Under the pieces are notes generated by a model. The model searched no databases. It saw nothing but the letters and a program-made list of their open reading frames with translations, and had not been told where the DNA came from. A program made the position numbers and the translations under genes. DNA of 64,000 nt, taken from assembly GCA_965203905.1 (NCBI GenBank), contig CBDBDQ010000005.1:1568001-1632000 (forward strand), written 5' to 3'. This DNA is from Spirochaetia bacterium. GTDB taxonomy: Bacteria > Spirochaetota > Spirochaetia > SZUA-6 > Bin103. This document shows, in pieces, positions 41,243 to 52,652 of the stretch; within the stretch, counting starts at the first letter, position 1, and the number at the start of each line of letters is the position of its first letter.

Positions 41243-41358
41243 CCCTGAGGTGCGGCATGGTACACGTTCATCATACCCGCTTGCTACCCGCCGATCGCAA
41301 CCTGCCGGCGGCGCCGATTGCCCGCCGCGCCGCCGGCGCCGGAGCCGCAAACGGCCGG

Positions 41359-42684
41359 CTACGGGGCCATATCCGGCGCCTCAGTCGCGGTCGCCGGCGC
41401 CAGGGTGGAGGCGTAGCGGCGCACGGCGCGCAGCCGTTCCACCAGGGTCGGATGGGAGTAATGGTAGGCGCTGTACCAGGGATGCGGGTTGGGGTTGCTG
41501 AGGTTGTCGCGGCTGAGGGCGATCAGCGCCCCGGCCAACGCCTCGTCGCCGCCGACCGCCTGCGCGGCGTAGCGGTCGGCCTCGTACTCGTGGCGCCTGG
41601 TCCAGGCGCTCGCCAGCGGCTGCACGATGGCCCCGGCCGGCCCCGCCAGCAGCGACAGGATCACCAGGGCGGCGTGGGAGCTGGGCCGGCCCACGCCCTC
41701 CAGGTGGAAGCCGAAGGCGGCGAACAGCTCCGGCTGGTGCAGCAGCACGCTCAGCAGCCACAGCCCCGCCAGGGTGAACAGCAGGCTCACGACCAGGTGC
41801 TTGACCACGTGGCGGCGCTTCTCGTGGCCGATCTCGTGGGCCAGGACCGCTTCCACCTGCGGCTCGTCGAGCGTGGACAGCAGGGTGTCGAACAGCACGA
41901 TGCGCTTGGCGCCGCCAAACCCGGCGAAGTACGCGTTGCTGTGGCGCGAGCGGCGGCTGCCGTCCATCACCAGCACCGAGCGCACGCGGAACCGCAGGCG
42001 CGCGGCGAGCGCCATCAGGCGCTGCTGCAGGGAGCCGTCGGCGAGCGGCGCGAACTTGTTGAACAGCGGCGCGATCAGCGGTTGGTAGAGGTAGGTGACC
42101 AGAAGCTGGAAGCCGGCGATGAAGCAGAAGGCGTAGATCCACCAGCCGGCGCCGCTCCGGGCCATGAACCAGAACAGCCCCAGCAGCAGGGGCACCCCCA
42201 GCACCAGGCTCAGTAATGCGCCCTTCACCTGGTCCAGCAGGAACGTGCGCCAGGTCATGTTGTTGAAGCCGAAGCGCGCTTCGATCACGAACTGGCCGTA
42301 CAGGCGCAGCCCCAGGGTGAGCAGACTGCTCGCCCATACCAGCAGCACGACGTAGAGGGTGCCTGCCAGCAGCGGCGAGGCGATGCCGCGGGACTGCAGC
42401 CAGTGCAGCAGCCACTGGTCCAGTGCCCCGAGCGCCCCGGTGGCGACCACCACCAGGGCGACCGCGGCGTCCAGCCCGCGGCTGAGCAGGTTGAGGCGGC
42501 TGCGCGCGGCCAGGTAGGCGCGCGAGCGGGTCACGGTGGCCTGGTCCAGGACGCCGTTCAGCTCCGGCGGCGCCTGCGGGTGGCGGGCGCTGTGCCGCAG
42601 GTTGAGCAGCGTGAGGAAGGTCTCCCAGGCCTGGTGCGCCAGGTACCAGACGATCCACACGGCCAGGATGGCGGCGGCAGTCAT
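41359..42684 (-). CDS. M48 metallopeptidase (Ste24/CAAX-like)
   Basis: DGSRRSRHSNAYFAG, KRIVLFDTL, AHEIGH, HEYEAD, YSHP.L.ERL. Confidence 0.92.
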   Translation of the reverse strand: MTAAAILAVWIVWYLAHQAWETFLTLLNLRHSARHPQAPPELNGVLDQATVTRSRAYLAARSRLNLLSRGLDAAVALVVVATGALGALDQWLLHWLQSRGIASPLLAGTLYVVLLVWASSLLTLGLRLYGQFVIEARFGFNNMTWRTFLLDQVKGALLSLVLGVPLLLGLFWFMARSGAGWWIYAFCFIAGFQLLVTYLYQPLIAPLFNKFAPLADGSLQQRLMALAARLRFRVRSVLVMDGSRRSRHSNAYFAGFGGAKRIVLFDTLLSTLDEPQVEAVLAHEIGHEKRRHVVKHLVVSLLFTLAGLWLLSVLLHQPELFAAFGFHLEGVGRPSSHAALVILSLLAGPAGAIVQPLASAWTRRHEYEADRYAAQAVGGDEALAGALIALSRDNLSNPNPHPWYSAYHYSHPTLVERLRAVRRYASTLAPATATEAPDMAP

Positions 42685-42973
42685 CAGAGCGTAAATGTAG
42701 GCGTTCGCCGTCCCGGCGGCCAGCACCGCTGCCGGCGGGTGAGTCCTGCCGGTGGTGCCAGTGCAGCACGCCGCCGGGGTAGGGTCGGCCAGGTTCCCGA
42801 AAGCGCGAACGAACCAGCTCCCGTTGTAGAGGGTATGACTCACAACCTCTCCAGGCACCTCCCGGGACGCCCCAGCCGCCCCCGCCAGCGCCCCCGCCCC
42901 CCTGTACCCCGCCCCGATACGATTATCGCAGCAGCGGCCGCGTGCTATGCTGTGGTCGTCTGGAGGCCCCGTC

Positions 42974-43705
42974 ATGGCAAGCTCCGTACTCGCCCCCGCG
43001 CCGGTTGACTACCCCTCATCCGACGGCAAACCGGTGGCGGAGAGCGATCACCAGTTCATCCCGCTGACCTATGCCGCCAGCCGGCTGCGGCAACACTTCC
43101 GCCACCGCGACGACGTGTACGTGGCCGCCAACCTGCTGATCTACTACGAGAAAGGCACTCGGGCGCGCGTGGCGCCGGACGTGTTTGTGGTGCTGGGCGC
43201 CCCGCGGCGGAAGCGATCGAGCTACCTGCTGTGGGAGGAGCCGAAGGCGCCGGACTTCGTGCTGGAGGTCACTTCGCGCGGCACCCATGGTGAGGACCAG
43301 GGACCCAAGCGGGACCTGTATCGGCGGCTGGGGGTAACCGAGTACTGGCAGTACGACCCGACGGGCGATTACCTGGAGCCGACGTTGCAGGGACTGGAAC
43401 TGGTGGCGGGGGAGTACGTGAGGCTGGGGCAGCGCGTGCTGGCGGACGGCACGCTGGTGCTGACGAGCGCGGTGCTGAAGCTGGAACTGCGGCTGACCGA
43501 GCGGGGCTTTCGCTTCCACGACCCGGTGACCGGACGCGACCTGCCGGACCTTGGGGAGACCGATGCGGCGTGGCAGCGGGAGCGGCAGGCGCGCGAGCGT
43601 GCCGAGCAACGGTGGCAGCGGGCCGAGCAGGCACGGCAGGAGGCGGAGGCGCGAATCGCCGAACTCGAAGCCAGGCTGCGCGGCCGCCGCAACTCCGAAC
43701 GGTAG
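42974..43705 (+). CDS. Uma2 family (PD-(D/E)XK) endonuclease
   Basis: YPSSDGKPVAES, VAPDVFVV, PDFVLEVTS, LGVTEYWQYDP; charged coiled-coil tail. Confidence 0.9.
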   Translation: MASSVLAPAPVDYPSSDGKPVAESDHQFIPLTYAASRLRQHFRHRDDVYVAANLLIYYEKGTRARVAPDVFVVLGAPRRKRSSYLLWEEPKAPDFVLEVTSRGTHGEDQGPKRDLYRRLGVTEYWQYDPTGDYLEPTLQGLELVAGEYVRLGQRVLADGTLVLTSAVLKLELRLTERGFRFHDPVTGRDLPDLGETDAAWQRERQARERAEQRWQRAEQARQEAEARIAELEARLRGRRNSER

Positions 43706-43716
43706 GCTGGCTGCGG

Positions 43717-44730
43717 GTGCGGGACCGTGCTGCCCCGGAACCGTTTCTGAATGCCCTCGGCCCCGGGAACGCGCTGCGCGCGAGCGGGCCGGCGGGCGTC
43801 CCGGAAACCGCGGCCGCCGACCCCCGGCTGGATCCCTACTCCCAGGCCGTGATCGAGGCGGTGGACGCGGTCTCGCCGGCGGTGGTGAATCTGGATACGG
43901 CCGATGGCGCGGCCTCCGGATTCATCTTCACTCCCGACGGCTTCATCCTCACCAACAGCCACGTGGTGGCCGCGACCGAGCAGCTCACCGCAACCCTGGC
44001 CGATGGCCGCCAGTTCGAGGCGCGCCTGGTGGGCGCCGACCCGGAGACCGATCTCGCGGTGGTGCGGATCTGGGGCGACGACCTGGTGGCGGCACCCCTC
44101 GGCGATTCCGCAACCATCCGCGTGGGACAACTCGTGGTGGCCATCGGCAACCCCTACGGCTTCCAGTACACGGTGACGGCGGGCGTGGTGAGCGCGCTCG
44201 GCCGTACCCTGCAGTCGGACGCGGGACGCCAGGTCAACGACGTGATCCAGACCGACGCGCCCCTCAACCCGGGCAACTCGGGCGGGCCGCTGGTGACCTC
44301 CTACGGCGAGGTGGTGGGCGTGAACACGGCGGCAATCGTGCCGGCGCAGGGCATCTGCTTCGCCACCGCCATCAACACCGCCAAGTACGTGAGCGTGCTG
44401 CTGATGCGCGAGGGGCGGGTACGCCGGAGCTACATCGGCATCGGCGGCCATACGGTGGCCATCTCGCGGCGCGTCGTGCGCCAGCTCAGTTTGCCGGTGG
44501 AAGGCGGCGTGATGGTGGAGTCGGTGGAGGGGCGCGGCCCCGCCGGCCGCGCCGGGGTGCAGCGCGGCGACGTGATCGTGGCCTTCGCCGGCCGGCCCAC
44601 GGCCGCCATCGATCAACTCGACAAGCTGCTGGACCACCGGGCGGTGGGGCGCACCACGCAGATTACCGTGCTGCGCCGCGCCCACAAGCTGGAACTGATG
44701 ATCACGCCGCGCGAATACGACGCCGGCTGA
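43717..44730 (+). CDS. HtrA/DegS-like serine protease with one PDZ domain; start uncertain
   Basis: TNSHVV, DLAV, AIGNPYG, IQTDAPLNPGNSGGPL, GPAGRAGVQRGD. Confidence 0.9.
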   Translation: MRDRAAPEPFLNALGPGNALRASGPAGVPETAAADPRLDPYSQAVIEAVDAVSPAVVNLDTADGAASGFIFTPDGFILTNSHVVAATEQLTATLADGRQFEARLVGADPETDLAVVRIWGDDLVAAPLGDSATIRVGQLVVAIGNPYGFQYTVTAGVVSALGRTLQSDAGRQVNDVIQTDAPLNPGNSGGPLVTSYGEVVGVNTAAIVPAQGICFATAINTAKYVSVLLMREGRVRRSYIGIGGHTVAISRRVVRQLSLPVEGGVMVESVEGRGPAGRAGVQRGDVIVAFAGRPTAAIDQLDKLLDHRAVGRTTQITVLRRAHKLELMITPREYDAG

Positions 44731-44765
44731 CAGCACCTGCCGCAGCCCAGCATAATGGGCGCACC

Positions 44766-45056
44766 ATGGCAGACATCATCCCCCTGGAACAGGAACACCT
44801 TCCCGCCGACTGCTACGTCTACAAGCACTCCACGGCGTGCCACATCTGCGCCGGCACCGCGCAGGTGGTCCGTTCCTATCGCTTCGATCGTCCGGTGTAC
44901 TGGGTCAACGTCATCGAGCAACGGCCCCTGTCCAACTGGATTGCGGACGCCTACGGCGTGCGCCACCAGTCACCGCAGCTCCTGAAGATCGGCGGCGGCC
45001 GGGTCGAGGCGCACTGGAGCCACTACGACATCTCTCCCGCCAACCTCAGCGCGTAG
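44766..45056 (+). CDS. YtxJ/BrxC-like thioredoxin-fold protein
   Basis: YKHSTACHIC, VIEQRPLSNWIA, GVRHQSPQ, SHYDI. Confidence 0.85.
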   Translation: MADIIPLEQEHLPADCYVYKHSTACHICAGTAQVVRSYRFDRPVYWVNVIEQRPLSNWIADAYGVRHQSPQLLKIGGGRVEAHWSHYDISPANLSA

Positions 45057-45089
45057 TAGCTGCCAGCAGACCGTCGCCACCGGCGCGGC

Positions 45090-46076
45090 TCACCAGGCGT
45101 AGGCCTGCGGCGCGCTCCCGCCGGGGCCGGGGAACAGCTCGTCCAGCCGCGCCAGGGAGGCGTGGTCCAGGCACAGCTCCGCCGCCGGCAGCACCTGCCG
45201 CAGCTGCTCCGGCGTGCGCGGGCCGACGATCGCCGCGGTCAGCGCCGGCTGCGCCAGAATCCACGCCGTGGCCACGTTGGCCTCCGCCTCCCGGCGCTCC
45301 CGGCAGAGCCGGGCGAACTGCTCCAGCCGGCGCATCGTGGCAGCGTCGGGCGGCCGCTGCCGCGCCTGGCGCGCGCGCCGTGACGGCGCGCCGCCGCGGG
45401 GCCCGGCGCCCCCCAGCAGGCCGTTGGCCAGTGGGCTGTACGCCAGCACGCCGATCCCGAGGTGGCGCGCGGCGGGGAGCACCTCCAGCTCCGGCAGGCG
45501 GCACAGCAGGTTGTACTTGTGCTGCTCGCTGGCCAGCCCGAAGCAGTGCCGCGCCCGCGCCGCCGCCTGCGCCAGGGCCAGGTCCCAACCGGCGAAGTTG
45601 CTGGCGCCGACGTAGCCCACCTTGCCCTGCTGCACCAGCAGGTCGAATGCCTCCCACAGCTCTTCCCAGTCGGCGCGCCGGTCCACGTGGTGCATCTGGT
45701 AGAGGTCGACGTGGTCGGTGCGCAGGCGCCGCAGGGAGTCTTCCAGGTGGCGGCGGATCTTGTACTTGGAGAGTCCGGCGGCGTCGTTGGGATCGGCCGG
45801 GTTGCCCATCGGCTGATACACCTTGGTGGCCAGCACCACCTGCGCGCGGCGTCCGGGGCGCTGCGCGAACCAGCGTCCGATGATTTCCTCGGTACGACCG
45901 CACTGGACGAAGTCGGGGTAGTGGTTGGCGGTGTCGAGGAAGTTGATGCCGGCGTCCAGGGCGGCGTCCAGGATGCGCTGCGCGGCGGGCTCGTCGGTGA
46001 CGGTGCCGAAGTTGAAGGTGCCCAGACACAGCCGGCTGACGCGCACTCCGGCCCGTCCCAGGTGGCAGTACTGCAT
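45090..46076 (-). CDS. Aldo/keto reductase
   Basis: VSRLCLGT, DTANHY, LATK, SLRRL.TDHVDLYQMH, GKVGYVGASN, YSPLANGLL. Confidence 0.93.
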   Translation of the reverse strand: MQYCHLGRAGVRVSRLCLGTFNFGTVTDEPAAQRILDAALDAGINFLDTANHYPDFVQCGRTEEIIGRWFAQRPGRRAQVVLATKVYQPMGNPADPNDAAGLSKYKIRRHLEDSLRRLRTDHVDLYQMHHVDRRADWEELWEAFDLLVQQGKVGYVGASNFAGWDLALAQAAARARHCFGLASEQHKYNLLCRLPELEVLPAARHLGIGVLAYSPLANGLLGGAGPRGGAPSRRARQARQRPPDAATMRRLEQFARLCRERREAEANVATAWILAQPALTAAIVGPRTPEQLRQVLPAAELCLDHASLARLDELFPGPGGSAPQAYAW

Positions 46077-46090
46077 CGTTACTGCATCGT

Positions 46091-47092
46091 TCAGCCGCGC
46101 CAGTCGAGGGAGATGCCGACGTACTCCTCCGGGGCCTCGTAGATCAGGTCGTAGGCGCGCTGCACCTCGGCGACGGGAAACGCGTGCGTGTGCAGGGGGT
46201 CGACGGTCAGCGCCCCGCTTTCCAGCAGACGCCAGGAGGCCAGCACGTGATCGCCCTTCAGGGTCCAGGGAAAGCAGGCCCGGAACACCGTGCCGTGGAA
46301 CCGCTCCAGGTTGAAGCCGGCGCCCTTGTACCAGGCCAGGAACAGCACCGTGCCCTCGCGCCGCAGCGCCCCCACCGCGTCCTCCACCACCCGGTAGCTG
46401 CCGGTGGCGTCGGCCACGATGTCGGCGCCGTCCGGCCACAGGGCGCGGGCGGCCTGCACCACGTTCTCGCGACCGGCGTCGATGGCGTGGTCGATGCCGC
46501 AGCGCAGGGCCAGATCCAGCCGCAGCCGATGCTGGTCGGCCACCGCCACTTCCGCGCCGCGCAGCTTCAGGTGCTGGGCGGCGAGCTGGCCGATCATGCC
46601 CTGGCCGACCACCAGCGCGCGGTCGCCCACCCGCGGCGCCGCCAGCGTCACCCCCAGCGAGGAGATGGAGGAGATGCCGCCGAACGCGGCGCGCTCGCTC
46701 GACAGGCCCTCGGGAACGGTGACGCAGTAGGTGTTGCTGGCCAGCAGGTCGCGCTGCGCGGGATCCACGTCGATGATGGCCGGGCTCTGATGGCCGCCGC
46801 AGTTCTGCACCGCCGCGTGGGGCGCCCGCGGCTGGAAGTAGGAGATGCGGTCGCCGGGAGCGAAGCGGGCGGCGGCGCGGGCGCCGACCTCCACCACCCG
46901 GCCGATGGGAGCGTAGCCGGGGATGTAGGGTCGCGGGTAGGCGGCGGTGGCGAGCACGTGCGACTCGGTGCCGACGCTGATGGCGGAGCGTTCCAGCTTC
47001 ACCGCCACGTCCCACTCGCCCACGGTGCCGATCGCCACCTCTTGCAGCTCCACGCGCCGGACGCCCGTGGAAACCACCGCGCGTGCTACCAT
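46091..47092 (-). CDS. MDR-family (alcohol dehydrogenase-like) oxidoreductase
   Basis: SAISVGTE, PGYAPIGRVVEVG, VVGQGMIGQ; classical Zn ligands are not evident. Confidence 0.8.
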   Translation of the reverse strand: MVARAVVSTGVRRVELQEVAIGTVGEWDVAVKLERSAISVGTESHVLATAAYPRPYIPGYAPIGRVVEVGARAAARFAPGDRISYFQPRAPHAAVQNCGGHQSPAIIDVDPAQRDLLASNTYCVTVPEGLSSERAAFGGISSISSLGVTLAAPRVGDRALVVGQGMIGQLAAQHLKLRGAEVAVADQHRLRLDLALRCGIDHAIDAGRENVVQAARALWPDGADIVADATGSYRVVEDAVGALRREGTVLFLAWYKGAGFNLERFHGTVFRACFPWTLKGDHVLASWRLLESGALTVDPLHTHAFPVAEVQRAYDLIYEAPEEYVGISLDWRG

Positions 47093-47103
47093 GGCCTTCG
47101 CCT

Positions 47104-49182
47104 TCAGGGGGCGCCGTTGGCCTGCAGCGCGGCGACGATGCGGTCCACGTCGTAGACCGCGCCGCGCCAGGTGCCGCCGCTGGCGGCCTGCAGGGCGGCC
47201 CACAGCCGGGTGTCGTCCGGCAGCTCGGGGTTGGGCGCCAGGTCGGGATGCGCCGGCCGGCGCTGCAGCAGCGCCGCGGCCGCCTCCTCGGTGAGCGGGC
47301 CGTCCGCGGTACCCACCAGGGAGACGCGGCCCTCGAGCCGGTTGCGGTCGACCTGGATCTCGATCAGGTCGCCGTCGCGCAGCCTGCCGATGGGGCCGCC
47401 GGCGAGCGCCTCCGGCCCGATGTGGCCGATGCAGGCGCCGGTGGAGACCCCGGAGAAGCGCGCGTCGGTGAGCACCGACACGGTCTTGCCCCAGGGCAGG
47501 AACTTGAGCGCCGAGGTGATCTGGTAGATCTCCTCCATGCCGGTGCCGGCGGGGCCGATGCCCATCACCACCACGATGTCGTGGGCCTGGACCGGCTTCA
47601 CCCCGGGGGCGGCCTTGATGGCGGCGACGGCGGCGGCCTCGCTGGTGAACACCCGCGCACTGCCGCGGTGGCGGTAGCAGCCGGCGGCGTCCACCACGCT
47701 GGGGTCGATGGCGGTGGCCTTGATCACCGACCCCTCGGGCGCCAGGTTGCCCACCGGAAACACCACCGTGCTGGTGAGCCCGCGCGCGCGGGCGGTGTCG
47801 GGATCCATGATTACGTCATCGGGCGCCACTCCGTCGGCGGCGCAGGCCGCGCGCACCTGGGCGCGGCGCGGGCTCTGCTCCCAGGCGTCGAGCACCTGGT
47901 CCACGGTGAGCCCGCTGACGGTGCGGGCGGCGGGGTGCAGCAGCCCGGCGCGGCGCAGGTGCAGCATCACCTCGGGCACCGCGCCAGCGGCGAACACGTG
48001 GATGGTGGGGTAGCCGACCGGGCCGTTGGGCAGGGCGTCCACCAGGCGCGGGGTGCTGCGGTTGACCCGCGCCCAGTCCTCCACGGTGGGGATGCGCAGG
48101 CCGGCGGCGTGGGCCACGGCCGGCAGGTGCAGCAGCAGGTTGGTGGAGCCGCCGAAGGCGGCGTGCACCACCATGGCGTTGTCCAGGGCGTCCTGGTTGA
48201 GCAGGTCGCCGGTGCGCACGCCCGCCACCGCCAGGCTCACCAGGGCCGCCGCGGAGCGCCGCGCCATGTCCACCCACACCGGCTCGCCGGAGGGCGCCAG
48301 CGCCGCGTGCGGGACGGTCAGGCCGAGGCCCTCGGCGACCACCTGCGCGGTAGCCGCGGTGCCCAGGAACTGGCAGCCGCCGCCGGCGCTGCCGCAGGCG
48401 CGGCAGCCCATGGTCTGGGCGTGCTCCAGGCTGATCAGGCCGTGGGCGAAGCGGGCGCCGATGGTCTGCACCAGTCCCGTGTCCTCGGAATCGGGCGCCG
48501 GCAGGGTCACGCCGCCGGGGACGATCACCCCCGGCTCGGCGCCCAGGCCGGCCACCGCCAGCAGCATCGCCGGCAGCCCCTTGTCGCAGGTGGCGACGCC
48601 CAGCACCCCGCTGCGCGTGGGCAACGAGCGCGCCAGGCGGCGCAGCACGATGGCGGCGTCGTTGCGGTAGGGGAGGCTGTCCAGCATGCCGGGGGTGCCC
48701 TGGGAACGGCCGTCGCAGGGGTCGGTGCAGAAGGCCGCGAACGGGATGCAGCCGGAGTCGCGCAGGGTGTCGGCGGCGGCCTGCACCAGCAGTCCCACCT
48801 CCCAGTGGCCGGTGTGCAATCCGAGGGCGATCGGCGACCCGTCCGGCGCCCGCACCCCGCCCTGGGTGCTGAGGATCATGAACGCCGGCTGGGTGGTTTC
48901 TTCGGGGCGCCAGCCCATGGCCACGTTGTGGGTCAATCCAAACAGATTGCCGCTCGGTTCCTCGCGCAGCATCTCGGCGGTGATGGGCAGGGCGCCGTCC
49001 GGGGCGCTGCCCATGGTGCGCAAGGGGGCGTCGGCCGTGGCAGCATCGCGGTCGCCGCCGGCGGTCAGACCGTGAAAGCCAAGTATCTCGTCTCGGTCCG
49101 CCACCCGCAGCGGCGGCTCGCGGTTCGGACCGCGCCGGTCGCGGCGGGGTGGCGTCTCGTGGGTCGGACCGGGAGTGCTCAT
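47104..49182 (-). CDS. YjhG/YagF family D-xylonate dehydratase (IlvD/Edd family)
   Basis: LSTQGG...[56 protein letters not shown]. Confidence 0.9.
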   Translation of the reverse strand: MSTPGPTHETPPRRDRRGPNREPPLRVADRDEILGFHGLTAGGDRDAATADAPLRTMGSAPDGALPITAEMLREEPSGNLFGLTHNVAMGWRPEETTQPAFMILSTQGGVRAPDGSPIALGLHTGHWEVGLLVQAAADTLRDSGCIPFAAFCTDPCDGRSQGTPGMLDSLPYRNDAAIVLRRLARSLPTRSGVLGVATCDKGLPAMLLAVAGLGAEPGVIVPGGVTLPAPDSEDTGLVQTIGARFAHGLISLEHAQTMGCRACGSAGGGCQFLGTAATAQVVAEGLGLTVPHAALAPSGEPVWVDMARRSAAALVSLAVAGVRTGDLLNQDALDNAMVVHAAFGGSTNLLLHLPAVAHAAGLRIPTVEDWARVNRSTPRLVDALPNGPVGYPTIHVFAAGAVPEVMLHLRRAGLLHPAARTVSGLTVDQVLDAWEQSPRRAQVRAACAADGVAPDDVIMDPDTARARGLTSTVVFPVGNLAPEGSVIKATAIDPSVVDAAGCYRHRGSARVFTSEAAAVAAIKAAPGVKPVQAHDIVVVMGIGPAGTGMEEIYQITSALKFLPWGKTVSVLTDARFSGVSTGACIGHIGPEALAGGPIGRLRDGDLIEIQVDRNRLEGRVSLVGTADGPLTEEAAAALLQRRPAHPDLAPNPELPDDTRLWAALQAASGGTWRGAVYDVDRIVAALQANGAP

Positions 49183-49201
49183 CGTTGACCGCGCACCGGC
49201 C

Positions 49202-50026
<825 letters not shown>

Positions 50027-50077
50027 CGGCTCTCCGTTGCGGGCGTGCGCCACTGTAGCAACCCCTCGAAACCGCCG

Positions 50078-50290
50078 TCAACGAACACGGATTCGCGGGT
50101 CAGCGGCAGCATCGAGGGGTCTGTCGCGAACCACTACGTCAACGTCGCACTCCAGGACATGAAGGAGGTGCAGGACCTGGTCAACCGATTTGCGGTAGTT
50201 GGTCTGATCCAGGAGCCGATAGAGTTGCGTGGCGGACGTGCCGAGACGGCGGATGATCTCGCGCTTGGAGAGTGCCGTAGCCTTTGTCAC
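50078..50290 (-). pseudogene. Remnant HTH (antitoxin-like) C-terminal fragment
   Basis: LSKREIIRRLGTSATQLYRLLD...LLHVLECDV; no N-terminal domain or partner visible. Confidence 0.5.
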
Positions 50291-50393
50291 AGGAGGCGCC
50301 GGTCGTGCGGGTCGACGCGGGCTCTTGCCGGCAGGCCGACTGTGCCCTGAATCGTGTCACGCGGCGGTCGCATGGCGTACTATTGGCACCGAG

Positions 50394-51293
50394 GTGAAAC
50401 GACTGTTTCCTATAGTGGCGGCGGCCGCGGTCCTGGCGGCCGGCGCCGGCGCCTTCCTGGCGGTGCGCGCTCCGAGTCCGGAGCAAGTGGTGACGCGGCT
50501 GCTGCGCGCCCGCTACGTCAACGACGCGCGGGCGGTGTACGAGCTGGCGTCGGCCGCGGACCGGCGCGCGCGCACCCTGGAGCAGCACTTGGCGAGCCAT
50601 CCCCAGTTTACCGACGACTTCCAGGAGTTGATCGTCGAGCTGGCGCGCTTCATCGCGATCGACGCTTTCGACAGCGACTTGCACGCCGCGGGCGGGACGG
50701 TCACCGCGCACGGCTCGGTGCCGAACGCCAACCATCCCGAAGTCGACCACCTGCTGTATGGCACGGGCGACGCGGCCACACTGTCGTTGCGTGCCCGGCG
50801 CGCCGAGTTGCGCCGCCGCGGCCGCGCCGGGAACCTGCCGTTGATCGAGTTCGCGGAGCAGGTGGAGCTGGTACGGGAGGAGGAGCGCTGGACCGTCTAT
50901 CTCGACTGGGCCGTCGGCTACACCATCTACTTCCGCGCCGAAGTGCGCGAGCAGCTTCCCTTCGAGTTCAGCGTGGAGCCGGAGAGCATCACCCTCAAGC
51001 CCGGGGAGACCGGCTCCGCCGTGTTCCGCGCGCGCAACGTCTCCGCCGCCACCATCAAGGCCAAGGCAGGACATCTGTTCGATCCTCCGGTAGCGTTCCT
51101 GCACACCGAGCTGGTGCAGTGCTTCTGCTTCTTCGAGGACACCTACGCCCCCGGCGAGGAGCGGCAGCTCCCGGTGGCGATACGCCTCGACTGGGAGGTG
51201 CCCACCGACATCGGCGAGATCACCATGCTCTACGAGTACTACCCCCTGGACCAGTTCCAGGACCGGCGCCCGGCTCCGGCCCACGACCGCTGA
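50394..51293 (+). CDS. Membrane-anchored protein with C-terminal CtaG/Cox11 copper-chaperone domain
   Basis: N-terminal TM; LPFEF..EPE.I...PGET..A.F.ARN, VQCFCF, L.PGEE..LPV. Confidence 0.75.
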   Translation: MKRLFPIVAAAAVLAAGAGAFLAVRAPSPEQVVTRLLRARYVNDARAVYELASAADRRARTLEQHLASHPQFTDDFQELIVELARFIAIDAFDSDLHAAGGTVTAHGSVPNANHPEVDHLLYGTGDAATLSLRARRAELRRRGRAGNLPLIEFAEQVELVREEERWTVYLDWAVGYTIYFRAEVREQLPFEFSVEPESITLKPGETGSAVFRARNVSAATIKAKAGHLFDPPVAFLHTELVQCFCFFEDTYAPGEERQLPVAIRLDWEVPTDIGEITMLYEYYPLDQFQDRRPAPAHDR

Positions 51294-51494
51294 CGCCCGC
51301 CGGCGGAGGGCTGCCGCGTGGCAGCGCGTGGCAGGGGCCACCGAAGGCGCCTGGGAGCCCGGCCCTGAGCGTCTGCGGCCCGACTGGCGGAAGCCGGTGT
51401 AGTTGAGGTCACCCCGCAGGTGACCCGAGAGGGGAGACCGGAGCGGCAGTTACCGGACGTCCCGTGACCCCTAAGGTATGATGTCCAGCCGTAC

Positions 51495-52565
51495 ATGAGA
51501 GTCTTCAGCGTTGGACCTGACGGCAGGTTCACCGAATACGAACAGTTGCCGTTCGAGGCCGATCACGTGGAATCCGAACTTGAGGAGTGGCTGGAGGCCA
51601 ATCCGGACGGGATTCTCGAGGATGGCCCGCTTCTGATCGTCGGGCGCCAGATCCCAACCGACCTCGGCAAGTCCATCGACCTGCTTGGTGTCGACCGCGA
51701 GGGCAATGTGGTGGTGGTCGAGTTGAAGCGGGACCGTACGCCGCGGGACGTCGTGGCCCAGGCGCTGGAGTACGCTGCGTTCGCCGCGCGCCTGGACGTC
51801 GACGAGTTGGAGGGTATCCTCGGCGAGTATCGCCCCGACGGAACGTCGGACCTGGCCGACCAGCACCGCGAGTACTTCGACCAGGCCGAAGCCGTCGCGT
51901 TCAACAAGGACCAGCGGATCGTGGTCGTCGGCCAGCAGGTGACGCCGGAGATCAGGCAGACGGCGTCGTTCCTGAACTCCAAGGGGATCCAGGTCACCTG
52001 CGTCGAGTTCACCTTCTTCCGGGACGCCGGCGGCCGCCGGCTGCTGTCCCAGGAGATCGTCGTCGGAAGGGAGCACGAGAAGCCGCGCGGCACCACCAAG
52101 CGTCAATCCGTCTTTTCGTCGGAGCGCGACTTCATGGATGCGTGCGACGAGCACGGCGCGGCCGTCTTTGCAAGGATCTTCGAATGGGCACGGGGCAAGT
52201 CCCTGAAGATCAACCTGGGGCCTGCCGGTTGCACAGTGAATGTCGTCGTGGATGGAAGGCCAGTGGCCGTCTGCAAAGCCAACTCGCTCAGAAGCAGGAG
52301 GTACGGACAGTCACTCAGTGCGACCTTGGGCAGTGATCGCTGGGGCATCCGGTCAATAGGGGCGCCCCGCAGGGTTGTCGATCGGCTCTGGAAGCGCGCG
52401 GAACAAACGGGACTGTTCGCGCGACCGGACGGCTTCAAAGACCTGACGTGTCCCATCGACCGCACGTTCGAGGAAACCGAAGTGGACGCTCTCGTTGCGT
52501 GGTGCGAGTCGATGGAGCAGGCGATCCGAGAGCACGCGGGCGCTCAGGTGCCTGGTAGACAGTAG
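51495..52565 (+). CDS. NucS/DUF91-like PD-(D/E)XK endonuclease with C-terminal extension
   Basis: ESELEEWLEANP, GRQ, IDLLGVD, VVVELKRD, VAQALEYA. Confidence 0.8.
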   Translation: MRVFSVGPDGRFTEYEQLPFEADHVESELEEWLEANPDGILEDGPLLIVGRQIPTDLGKSIDLLGVDREGNVVVVELKRDRTPRDVVAQALEYAAFAARLDVDELEGILGEYRPDGTSDLADQHREYFDQAEAVAFNKDQRIVVVGQQVTPEIRQTASFLNSKGIQVTCVEFTFFRDAGGRRLLSQEIVVGREHEKPRGTTKRQSVFSSERDFMDACDEHGAAVFARIFEWARGKSLKINLGPAGCTVNVVVDGRPVAVCKANSLRSRRYGQSLSATLGSDRWGIRSIGAPRRVVDRLWKRAEQTGLFARPDGFKDLTCPIDRTFEETEVDALVAWCESMEQAIREHAGAQVPGRQ

Positions 52566-52652
52566 GTATTGCCGGAAGTCAATCTGTGCGCTGGCGGATC
52601 CGGAAAGCGCACGCTCGGACCGTGGTCGCCGCCAGAGGACCGACGACCGCCT

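Noticed and set aside
42700-42960. N-terminal extension of the M48 peptidase or a small ORF
   Set aside because: The M48 TM region starts at 42684; the upstream part has no motif and includes a C-rich promoter region
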